Both the position numbers and the translations under genes were made by a program. Positions 1-7,318 of a DNA stretch of 64,000 bases are shown here, piece after piece. The notes under the pieces were generated by a model that saw nothing but the letters and a program-made list of their open reading frames with translations, was not told the origin of the DNA and searched no databases. The stretch comes from an uncultured virus (IMG/VR IMGVR_UViG_3300020404_001307) (lineage: Duplodnaviria > Heunggongvirae > Uroviricota > Caudoviricetes > Crassvirales), in the IMG/VR virus record IMGVR_UViG_3300020404_001307; one strand, 5' to 3'. The stretch's first letter is position 1; every line of letters starts with the position of its first letter.

Positions 1-359
1 AGTTTATTAACTGGTGGGTGATCTAAATCTAATATACTTAAATCATCTATGAGTCTAGCTACGTTCCATTTGTTAATATTAAAGGTAATGAAACCATTAT
101 CTTTATTAGTAATATACATAGCTATATTCATAGCGTCATGCTTAGTCCAGTCAGGATTTAAATACCAAAGTGTAAGCATGTGCCACTTTAAGCTCCTGTA
201 TGTTGTTATTTTAGCTTTACTTCTAAATAAGTCATAAGCCTGGTAAGTACCGTTTTTGTAATACATATACTCTTTTGTCTCTATATCAGGTACATCTGTT
301 ATAGGATCACGTCGCCATACGACACGATTATTTGTAAGGTATTTAAACTGTCTTTCCAT
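1..359 (-). CDS. Hypothetical phage protein, runs off the left edge of the window
   Basis: Manual translation from ATG at 359: MERQFKYLTNNRVVWRRDPITDVPDIETKEYMYYKNGTYQAYDLFRSKAKITTYRSLKWHMLTLWYLNPDW..., open toward position 1; not in the ORF track. Confidence 0.7.
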   Translation of the reverse strand, partial: MERQFKYLTNNRVVWRRDPITDVPDIETKEYMYYKNGTYQAYDLFRSKAKITTYRSLKWHMLTLWYLNPDWTKHDAMNIAMYITNKDNGFITFNINKWNVARLIDDLSILDLDHPPVNK

Positions 360-502
360 GTTTATTTGTGACAATAGCCTATTACTATTTAGGTCTTTTA
401 AGCCTTTTGTCATAGTTTGGTTTTAATGTCTTTAGTATAATTCTTTTACTATTAGGCGTCCAAGACGCATTATTGTGTATTTCTATTTTTAGTTTTAATC
501 TT

Positions 503-988
503 TTATTCATTTGGTCTATATTTATATATTGTTTCAGACTCATGTGCTATATGGTGTTTGTCACCTATATAATAATTCCAATAAGCCTGTATACTACATT
601 TGTCTTTATACTCATCTGGCATAGCCTGTGGAGGTTGTGTAAAACCTTTTTCTGGTATTCCGTGAGGTACACGAGACAATGGCCACCAGCATTTAGTTAT
701 GCTAAGATGTTTTTTACCATAACGTCTAGTATATTCGTCACCTAATGCCATCATATGGTCGTATAACCACATATAATTATACCTGTCTAACCTTGTCCAC
801 TTTGTAGATGGGTGATTTATGTGAGCTATTCTGTACGGTATATCACTTAGATCACGTACTCTATTATCTAGAACATGATGAGCAGTACACAACATTTGAG
901 CTGACTCAAGTATCATCTTTACTACATGTTTATTGTATTGGTATTTGGCTGCCTTTACTGGGCATTTGTCAAGGTAAAATATGTTCAT
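503..988 (-). CDS. Pyrimidine-dimer DNA glycosylase / endonuclease V (DenV)-like protein
   Basis: MNIFYLD...KHVVKMILESAQMLCTAH, HxNHP and EYTRRYGKKH motifs characteristic of this family. Confidence 0.7.
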   Translation of the reverse strand: MNIFYLDKCPVKAAKYQYNKHVVKMILESAQMLCTAHHVLDNRVRDLSDIPYRIAHINHPSTKWTRLDRYNYMWLYDHMMALGDEYTRRYGKKHLSITKCWWPLSRVPHGIPEKGFTQPPQAMPDEYKDKCSIQAYWNYYIGDKHHIAHESETIYKYRPNE

Positions 989-990
989 AA

Positions 991-1098
991 TTATTCGTAA
1001 TATTTTGCATTTTCTTCCCAGCAGTCACTACAACAACTAGGGTGATCACCAAAGGTTAACTCTACACCGCAGTGATCACAATCTGTTTTATCTATCAT
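991..1098 (-). CDS. Small Cys-rich (zinc-ribbon-like) protein, 35 aa
   Basis: Manual translation MIDKTDCDHCGVELTFGDHPSCCSDCWEENAKYYE; two CxxC pairs; co-oriented with neighbours. Confidence 0.55.
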   Translation of the reverse strand: MIDKTDCDHCGVELTFGDHPSCCSDCWEENAKYYE

Positions 1099-1141
1099 TT
1101 TTTCTATTATAGCAAAGTATCTATCTGCTAATTCATCTTTT

Positions 1142-2002
1142 CTATTCATAATTTCTTATACATTTAAATTGTGGATGTCTGTAACTATTAGCTTTAGTTC
1201 TTTCAAAAAAAGTGAAGGTGGCACGTTGGCCTATATACTTGTGTATATTTTTTAGCATTAACGCAAGATCTTTATAGTTATGGCCCTTACCGGGTGGACA
1301 TCCAAAGTCGATGCCTTCATCATCTTGCATTAAAAACTTACCTAACGTGCCGGCTCTCTTGCCTTTACCTTCCTCATAACCAACTATATTAGCTTCAGCA
1401 TCGTGAAAATCTTTGAACTTACGCAGTGACCATGATCGTCCACATTTGTACACATCATTAATTCTAACAATAGAACCTTCGTAACCATTAGCTAAATTAG
1501 TCTTGTGAACTTTTTTAGCTTCTTTCTCGCTACTAACTAACTGTGTAAACACGTGTTTAACGCAATTACTAATAGGTAGAAATTGTACAAGAAAGTTTCT
1601 ACGAGCTGAATAATGTTCTTGTTTTTCATCAATAACATCATAGCAATGAAACTGTACATGCTTAGCTGATTCTACACGTGCCTCGTCAGTCGGTTTTGTT
1701 TTTCTAACCATAGATATTATAGACTCAAAATCGTCTTTAAAATTATGATTATATAACTCGCCGTCGAGTACAACGTTTGGGTGTTCAGCAAAAAAAGGTA
1801 TTAACTCATTAAGTATATGGTCAATATTCTTCCACTCTTTACCGTTACGTGAATATGCTATAACCATTTTATTTGGGTTACACTGTATTAAGCAACGTAC
1901 ACCGTCAAGCTTTGGTTGCATAAACACTACGCTTTTGTAGTCTATTGGTTTGTCACTTACTGGGTAAGCTAACATTGGTTTATATTTCATCTTCATCTTC
2001 AA
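1142..2002 (-). CDS. ATP-dependent DNA ligase
   Basis: Motif I KLDGVR, motif III LDGELY, FHCYD, EGSIVR, LRKFKD, and a C-terminal OB domain ending RHPQF. Confidence 0.93.
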   Translation of the reverse strand: MKMKMKYKPMLAYPVSDKPIDYKSVVFMQPKLDGVRCLIQCNPNKMVIAYSRNGKEWKNIDHILNELIPFFAEHPNVVLDGELYNHNFKDDFESIISMVRKTKPTDEARVESAKHVQFHCYDVIDEKQEHYSARRNFLVQFLPISNCVKHVFTQLVSSEKEAKKVHKTNLANGYEGSIVRINDVYKCGRSWSLRKFKDFHDAEANIVGYEEGKGKRAGTLGKFLMQDDEGIDFGCPPGKGHNYKDLALMLKNIHKYIGQRATFTFFERTKANSYRHPQFKCIRNYE

Positions 2003-2267
2003 AATTTGTTAAACTGGAATCAATTGGTAAGCCAAGCTTATCACTTAAATCCATAATTCTTACTTTCATTATTGCACATTTTTCGTATTCTTCGCGGTCT
2101 AAGTATAGACTTTGAAGGGTGACACAGCGTGCTAACTCACCTATTTGATGGTCTTTTATGTTAGTGGTAGTCCAATCATCACCACTTGTTTCTTTTGCTA
2201 GATTTACTAACTCTTCAGCAATAAACCTAGCTAATGTTTTTAAATTTTCCTCACGTATATTATCCAT
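1980..2267 (-). CDS. Hypothetical protein with UvrB/UvrC (UVR)-like motif
   Basis: EEYEKCAIMK resembles the UVR consensus E.YE.AA.lRD. Confidence 0.5.
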   Translation of the reverse strand: MDNIREENLKTLARFIAEELVNLAKETSGDDWTTTNIKDHQIGELARCVTLQSLYLDREEYEKCAIMKVRIMDLSDKLGLPIDSSLTNFEDEDEI

Positions 2268-2680
2268 TACTCTCCGTATTTAGTTTGTAATTGTTTTGGT
2301 TTGCCTACAAATATGCACTCGTCACCATCAAAAATGCTAATCCATATATCTTTATTGTAATCACCCCATATATAATATTCATAGTCTAACCAAGCGTGAG
2401 GTTTATTAGGATCTTCTATATATACGTTGCCTGGTTCATCTTTTAGCTCTGCTATAATAGATGCTGCCATACAACCTAATCCATTAAAAACAGGTGAATT
2501 TCTATCACCTAATCCATTAACTATTTTTTTACCTTCAAGATAATTAGCTAATGTCACGCCCAAATACTCAGGGTAACCATCAAAATGATGATATATACTA
2601 ACCAGAACTTTATCTGGTTTTTCGCTAAACGATACTCCTTCTTCACGTTTAGCAATGCTTATTGTTGCTCTTGTTCCCAT
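2267..2680 (-). CDS. Conserved phage hypothetical protein (MGTR...Y-x-H-x-DGYP family)
   Basis: MGTRATI and SIYHHFDGYPEYLG motifs. Confidence 0.65.
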   Translation of the reverse strand: MGTRATISIAKREEGVSFSEKPDKVLVSIYHHFDGYPEYLGVTLANYLEGKKIVNGLGDRNSPVFNGLGCMAASIIAELKDEPGNVYIEDPNKPHAWLDYEYYIWGDYNKDIWISIFDGDECIFVGKPKQLQTKYGE

Positions 2681-2781
2681 GTTATTTAATTATTACTTGT
2701 ATTAATAGCGTTAAAAATACTATAGCAAAACATATTGCTACAGCTTCATTAGATAACGCTCCATTGTTTATTACTTCCATA

Positions 2782-3042
2782 TTATCCTGTTATTGATACT
2801 ATATAATCATCATCATTTACTAGGAATTTATCACCGTACATTAAGTCGTTGTGACTAATTTCTACTAAGGACATGTTTGACCATAATACTAACCTTTGAA
2901 CATCACTTACTTTTAAGTCTTGCCATAAGTCATTACTTTTAAAAGTTTTTATTAATATTCTAGTAGAAGCAGGATATCTTTTTAAATCATCTTGTATATT
3001 TTTACGTATACTTGGTTTTAATCTGTCATATAAATTTTTCAT
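2782..3042 (-). CDS. Hypothetical early protein
   Basis: 86-aa ORF directly downstream of the repeated promoter-like motif. Confidence 0.65.
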   Translation of the reverse strand: MKNLYDRLKPSIRKNIQDDLKRYPASTRILIKTFKSNDLWQDLKVSDVQRLVLWSNMSLVEISHNDLMYGDKFLVNDDDYIVSITG

Positions 3043-3048
3043 ATAATT

Positions 3049-3080
3049 ATTATCTTACTTTGTTCGTATTTAGTTTGTAT
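3049..3080 (-). promoter_or_regulatory. Early promoter-like motif, copy 1 (ATACAAACTAAATAC-N11-GATAAT)
   Basis: One of six spaced copies, each upstream of a minus-strand ATG. Confidence 0.75.
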
Positions 3081-3082
3081 TG

Positions 3083-3223
3083 TAGCACAGGTGGGACTCG
3101 AACCCACCACTTCGTCAAGCAACCTTCATCACCCACTAGCTCGTGAAAACGTTTACTAGTGCAAGCAATTACTATCAATGATGATATTTTAAATTGTATC
3201 AGCGCATTATTCCTGTTTGTGCT
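3083..3223 (-). ncRNA. tRNA-like RNA A (acceptor stem + T-arm, long insert, no canonical anticodon arm)
   Basis: 5' AGCACAA pairs with 3' CUGUGCU-A; T-arm GUGGG-UUCGAGU-CCCAC. Confidence 0.6.
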
Positions 3224-3350
3224 TGGGCTTCAATAGTAACTAAGACTATCACCGTGATAAAATCACGCCCTCGCCCACATTTGCGGCAAGAAGGTTAGAT
3301 GACTACTGGCATTACCCAAAAGCATTGTCTACACGTCCTTCGCCCGCATT
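3224..3350 (-). ncRNA. Two tandem structured elements that begin with a shared motif (CAAAUG[C/U]GGGCGA)
   Basis: Closing stems GCGG..GAAGG/CCUUC..CCGC and UGGGC/GCCCA; internal hairpin CGUGAU-UUU-AUCACG; GC-richer than flanks; no real ORF. Confidence 0.4.
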
Positions 3351-3473
3351 TGATAATTATTAGTTTCAATGGTGTTGACAACTAAAAGTGGAGGACTCGA
3401 ATACCTCATACACTCTATATAGCTGTTTCCACGTTTACTTCTATTAGTTATCGATTTGATAATTATTAGTTTC
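3348..3473. repeat. Exact 20-bp direct repeat ATTTGATAATTATTAGTTTC (3348-3367 and 3454-3473)
   Basis: Direct comparison; the two copies flank tRNA-like RNA B. Confidence 0.85.
3383..3442 (-). ncRNA. tRNA-like RNA B (60 nt)
   Basis: AGAAGUA pairs with CACUUUU-A; T-like arm GAGG-UAUUCGAGU-CCUC. Confidence 0.5.
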
Positions 3474-3501
3474 TACACATATACAGTACTTAATTCTTGT
3501 T

Positions 3502-3620
3502 CTGTGTGTACTTACATCTCCAGCCACGTGAAGGCTATTATCGTTGGAGACTACGTAATGTGTTGGCGGCTTTCAAAGGCTTTTAAGATTATCGCTAGCT
3601 ACCGGCACGCCTTGTACACA
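3502..3620 (-). ncRNA. Putative multi-stem structured RNA
   Basis: Nested stems UGUGUAC/GUACACA, GUCUCCA/UGGAGAU and AGCC/GGCU in an intergenic segment. Confidence 0.4.
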
Positions 3621-3821
3621 TTACTTGTTCATTTGTATTACTTTATCAATAGTATAAGTTAAATCTATTATTTCTTTAGCTTGTTCTACTAAATCTTGTA
3701 GTGCTTCAACTTCATAGCTACTTAAACTATTACACTTGTCTTCATAGTTGTGTAAAGCTTCTATACAATCTTCTAAATCTTTTGAGGTATTTTCAAACCT
3801 ACAGTAACTCATATTTGCCAT
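3621..3821 (-). CDS. Conserved phage hypothetical protein (MANMSYCRFENT family)
   Basis: N-terminal motif NMSYCRFENT..DL.DC. Confidence 0.7.
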   Translation of the reverse strand: MANMSYCRFENTSKDLEDCIEALHNYEDKCNSLSSYEVEALQDLVEQAKEIIDLTYTIDKVIQMNK

Positions 3822-3828
3822 AATCTTA

Positions 3829-4044
3829 TTATTTTAACATAGTACCATAGCCACGCCTGCGAGTTTTTTTGAGTATATACGCAGCATCTTCGCTAGACAT
3901 GATTTGTATTTCGTTGCCTGTTTTGTGGTTACTGATTGGTATACAACCGTAGCGCACAGTAGTAGAACAATTTACGCATACTTTGTAGCCAAGATCGAGG
4001 CGGCCTTGCGGTACATTATTATTACATTTTAAACATTTTTTCAT
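3829..4044 (-). CDS. TraR/DksA-type C4 zinc-finger-like protein
   Basis: CLKC-x3-VPQGRL-x6-CVNC pattern. Confidence 0.6.
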   Translation of the reverse strand: MKKCLKCNNNVPQGRLDLGYKVCVNCSTTVRYGCIPISNHKTGNEIQIMSSEDAAYILKKTRRRGYGTMLK

Positions 4045-4052
4045 ACAATTAT

Positions 4053-4084
4053 ATTATCTTGTAGTGATTGTATTTTGTTTGTAT
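4053..4084 (-). promoter_or_regulatory. Early promoter-like motif, copy 2
   Basis: ATACAAACAAAATAC-N11-GATAAT, 8 nt before ATG 4044. Confidence 0.75.
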
Positions 4085-4299
4085 CAAAATATATCTTCTA
4101 AGTCAATAGTGTAGCTATGATCACTACTATTTTCATGAGATAATAGTATAGCTGCTTGCAGGCCATCTAAGTAACCTGCTTTGTAAACAGCTGTTTCATG
4201 AGCAGTAAAATCCGCTAACAAGCTTTTTACTTGCTCATAACTTTCTGGACTTAACTCGTCCATCAGCTCTTGTTCTATTTCTTTTAATTTTTCTAACAT
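4084..4299 (-). CDS. Hypothetical acidic protein
   Basis: 71-aa co-oriented ORF. Confidence 0.6.
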   Translation of the reverse strand: MLEKLKEIEQELMDELSPESYEQVKSLLADFTAHETAVYKAGYLDGLQAAILLSHENSSDHSYTIDLEDIF

Positions 4300-4395
4300 T
4301 ATTTACTTAATTTATCAATATCATTACTTATTTGCGTAGTTATGTACATGCCTGCACAAAAACCTACTATAAAACTTATTATTATTTCTATCATA

Positions 4396-4980
4396 TTATA
4401 TTACTTTATAACGGTGACCGTCAATTATTAATTGTACATCGCTTGGTTCTGATGAATCTTTAAATGGTAATTGCTCATCATATCTTGCTTTATCTTCTTC
4501 AGCAAGTCTCTTCATTAAATTAACTTGATAATCATTTACTCTATAAAAACTAGCACCAGTTTGACTTCTATAGTAGTTTTTAAGTATATAGTTGCAAAGG
4601 TAAACAAAGCGATCTTCATGATTAGGTATCATTATTCGCTCTCTACTGTGTTGTTTACGATATTTACCTGTCCACTTAGTGTCGTAAGTGTCGCCGATAA
4701 ACTCATAATCTTTAACAAAATACTCTTTTTTACGCACTTTGTTTAATTGGTAACAACTATAACTTGCGCCTTTATTATTAACTATCATTTTACGTACATA
4801 GCCACTTTTGTAAATAGTAAATCTGTTTACTTCTTTATAGCCATTAGCGTACATAGTTTTAAATGGTAGCTCAAATACTTGATCACCTCGCTTACTTTGA
4901 AAGTCTTTAGTGACGTCTTTAATACCGAGCAGATCAAATATAGCTCTTGCTTCGTGTATATTTTTTACTTTATTCTCCAT
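4396..4980 (-). CDS. Hypothetical protein (likely start MENKVK at 4980)
   Basis: Long co-oriented ORF; the track start at 5031 is a non-ATG upstream extension. Confidence 0.65.
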   Translation of the reverse strand: MENKVKNIHEARAIFDLLGIKDVTKDFQSKRGDQVFELPFKTMYANGYKEVNRFTIYKSGYVRKMIVNNKGASYSCYQLNKVRKKEYFVKDYEFIGDTYDTKWTGKYRKQHSRERIMIPNHEDRFVYLCNYILKNYYRSQTGASFYRVNDYQVNLMKRLAEEDKARYDEQLPFKDSSEPSDVQLIIDGHRYKVI

Positions 4981-5090
4981 AATTCTTATGTTTTTTCTTA
5001 CGATTATACGTTTTTTTACTTTTATGTACACGCTTAAAACGAGAGAATTGCCAAAAAGGATTACCTTTACGGTACTCTTTTGACTCTATT

Positions 5091-5231
5091 TTAATAGTTA
5101 TTCTCTTCATTTTTAGTTCTTTTGTTGCATTTACAAGCATTTTCCACTTGTTCTTTAGTCATTTTGCCTTCAAGTTGAAGTAAAACATAGTGTGTCATAT
5201 TTGTTTTGCAGTATTTACATTCGTATCTCAT
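5091..5231 (-). CDS. Small Cys-rich protein, 46 aa
   Basis: Manual translation MRYECKYCK...NACKCNK; starts 6 nt after promoter-like copy 3. Confidence 0.55.
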   Translation of the reverse strand: MRYECKYCKTNMTHYVLLQLEGKMTKEQVENACKCNKRTKNEENNY

Positions 5232-5237
5232 ATTATT

Positions 5238-5269
5238 ATTATCTTACTTATTTTGTATTTAATTTGTAT
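5238..5269 (-). promoter_or_regulatory. Early promoter-like motif, copy 3
   Basis: ATACAAATTAAATAC-N11-GATAAT. Confidence 0.75.
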
Positions 5270-5408
5270 TGACTAAAAATTAGTAGCCAACACAACACTA
5301 TTATTCCTATTGTTTTCATTTAGTTATCTTTTTATATATCCACCACATACCTCTAAAAGCAAAGTATGTTAATACTATTTTAGTAAATAAACTTAATTCC
5401 ATATTATA

Positions 5409-5687
5409 TTATATTTTAGTTATACCATTTTTTTCTGCTAATTCTTCTAAAAGTAAATCAATAGCAAAATATTTTTTACTTTCAATTAACTCTTTTAATT
5501 CAGCACAGTACTCATATTCTTCAGTATTTTCAAAGTAATTTAGAATATCTTCAAGTTCCTCAATACTAATATTTAATGGATCACCATAAAACATAGCATC
5601 TTTTTCTTTATACATTTCTAAAACTTCGTCAATACTAATTCTGTGAGTAATTACACCGAACGTATTTCTCATACAGTTATCTATCAT
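5409..5687 (-). CDS. Hypothetical protein with UVR-like motif
   Basis: YFENTEEYEYCAELKE. Confidence 0.6.
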   Translation of the reverse strand: MIDNCMRNTFGVITHRISIDEVLEMYKEKDAMFYGDPLNISIEELEDILNYFENTEEYEYCAELKELIESKKYFAIDLLLEELAEKNGITKI

Positions 5688-5689
5688 TT

Positions 5690-5791
5690 CTATAATTTAT
5701 TTATTATTATTAATTGTTGCTCAAGAGTGCAAGTATCAAAACCGAACTCGCCAAATATTTCTTGTGCTATTTTATCTAGTTTTTCTATCAT
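5690..5791 (-). CDS. Small hypothetical protein, 33 aa
   Basis: Manual translation MIEKLDKIAQEIFGEFGFDTCTLEQQLIIINKL; abuts the next gene. Confidence 0.55.
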   Translation of the reverse strand: MIEKLDKIAQEIFGEFGFDTCTLEQQLIIINKL

Positions 5792-5806
5792 AACTTTAAT
5801 TTTAAG

Positions 5807-5847
5807 TGGTAGTGGTGAGAATCGAACTCACTTAAACCGTTACTACC
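5807..5847 (-). ncRNA. tRNA-like RNA C: minimal 41-nt acceptor stem + T-arm
   Basis: GGUAGUA-ACGGUUUAA-GUGAG-UUCGAUU-CUCAC-CACUACC-A. Confidence 0.65.
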
Positions 5848-6025
5848 TTTACTCATTCGTATTATTTTTAGTTGCTAAACAAGTGGAACTACAACTATAT
5901 ATTCATACTACAACCACTAATTACTACATTGTATATTAGTAGACCGAAGACGTACACCATACTTACACACATTGTTATAAGCAATGATGTTACTAAAACT
6001 TCTTCGTGTGAAAACTTACGTTTCA

Positions 6026-6256
6026 CTAGGCAATATCTTTATCTCTTACCATCATTGGTATGTTATTACTTGCCGTGTAAGACTTGTATTTGATAAAGCA
6101 TGGCATTGCTTCTAACTTATCTTTCATAATAGCAAACACTTTATCGTGATTGTAAGTGACAGTTTTACCATTTTTAAACTCTACATTTATAGTCTTGTTT
6201 TGACCTACCAGTGACTGTCTCACTACAAATCTTTTAGACTTAATTACATTTTCCAT
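6026..6256 (-). CDS. Hypothetical early protein, paralogue of 6838-7059
   Basis: Shared KRFV.R.SL.G.N, YNHD.V and CF.KYKSYT motifs. Confidence 0.75.
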   Translation of the reverse strand: MENVIKSKRFVVRQSLVGQNKTINVEFKNGKTVTYNHDKVFAIMKDKLEAMPCFIKYKSYTASNNIPMMVRDKDIA

Positions 6257-6281
6257 AACTATTTATTTTATTTACATTATT

Positions 6282-6313
6282 ATTATCCTTACTTGTCTGT
6301 ATTTTGTTTGTAT
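6282..6313 (-). promoter_or_regulatory. Early promoter-like motif, copy 4
   Basis: ATACAAACAAAATAC-N11-GATAAT. Confidence 0.75.
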
Positions 6314-6498
6314 TAAATCGCTGTACAGTAATCGCAATTAGGAACTACATCGTCTCTTCTATGTAACTCGTCATATATATCTACTACTTCACTAGTACTT
6401 AAATTACTTAGTCTTTTCATATCAAAGTATTTTTCTTGTATATTATCATAACACTTCATTCCGAGTATTCCCATTATTTTATTTTGTTTATAATTCAT
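6313..6498 (-). CDS. Hypothetical early protein
   Basis: 61-aa ORF downstream of promoter-like copy 5; C-terminal CDYC. Confidence 0.6.
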   Translation of the reverse strand: MNYKQNKIMGILGMKCYDNIQEKYFDMKRLSNLSTSEVVDIYDELHRRDDVVPNCDYCTAI

Positions 6499-6519
6499 AA
6501 CTATTTATTTTATATTATT

Positions 6520-6551
6520 ATTATCTTTACTTGTTTGTATTTAGTTTGTTT
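6520..6551 (-). promoter_or_regulatory. Early promoter-like motif, copy 5
   Basis: AAACAAACTAAATAC-N11-GATAAT. Confidence 0.75.
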
Positions 6552-6837
6552 TTATTAAAGTATATAAATCATCAAGTGTTGATTCAGTAAACTTTTCTTT
6601 ACACATTTTACTATTATATTTCCAAATAGAATTTATTAGTAATTCAATTAATTTTAGTTTTATATTTAGTATTATATTTTTCATATTAAAGTATATTATT
6701 TGTTTATTAGTTATTTTTAGTTAACATGTACTCCATCACCACTCTGTACATACAAATCATACTTATAATTATAGTATGACATTTGGTATATAAGTACTTA
6801 GAGTAACTACCTATTGTCACAGTATTTAGTAGAAGTA

Positions 6838-7059
6838 TTACTCAGTAATTTTCATACTTCTACAAAAAGCGGGCATACAGTTAGTATTAGTATACGATTT
6901 ATACTTAGCGAAACAATTCATCGCATCGAATCTTTCTTTGTGAGTATTATATACTTCATCATGATTATATTTCACTAATTCATTTTTCTTATTTACAAAT
7001 TCAATTGTTATATTTTTACCTATTAAACTTTTTCTTATTACAAATCTTTTTAATTTCAT
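6838..7059 (-). CDS. Hypothetical early protein, paralogue of 6026-6256
   Basis: Same motifs as its paralogue; first gene of the leftward block. Confidence 0.75.
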   Translation of the reverse strand: MKLKRFVIRKSLIGKNITIEFVNKKNELVKYNHDEVYNTHKERFDAMNCFAKYKSYTNTNCMPAFCRSMKITE

Positions 7060-7089
7060 GTTATATTATTTTAATTGTTTTACATATAT

Positions 7090-7120
7090 AATATCTATGA
7101 CGAGTGTATTTAGTATGTAC
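7090..7120 (-). promoter_or_regulatory. Early promoter-like motif, copy 6 (degenerate)
   Basis: GTACATACTAAATAC-N10-GATATT. Confidence 0.55.
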
Positions 7121-7160
7121 ATAATAATGCTATTATAAATTATTAATGATAAAATATGAA

Positions 7161-7219
7161 GGGGGGCTGGGGTAAATAAGGGGGCTTTGGGGGAGGGGGT
7201 GGGGGTAGGGGGGAGGGGG
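7161..7219 (+). other. G-run tract with G-quadruplex potential at the strand switch
   Basis: Eight runs of 4-6 G in 59 nt within an AT-rich intergenic region. Confidence 0.7.
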
Positions 7220-7318
7220 AGATACACTATACCCCTATATTTATAATATATAAAAAAAGTAAATATATAAAGTACCATGTAATTATCTAGTTATAGGAAA
7301 ATTTACAAAAATCATACA

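Noticed and set aside
3083..3160. Canonical tRNA gene
   Set aside because: The T-arm is perfect, but no matching 5' acceptor strand, D-arm or anticodon arm could be found at 72-90 nt spacing
3348..3473. Mini-CRISPR array suggested by a 20-bp direct repeat containing GAAAC on the minus strand
   Set aside because: Only two copies, the repeat is too short, the 86-nt spacer contains a structured element, and there are no cas genes
7066..7278. 70-aa Pro-rich minus-strand ORF
   Set aside because: By-product of the G-tract read as CCN codons; it overlaps promoter-like motifs
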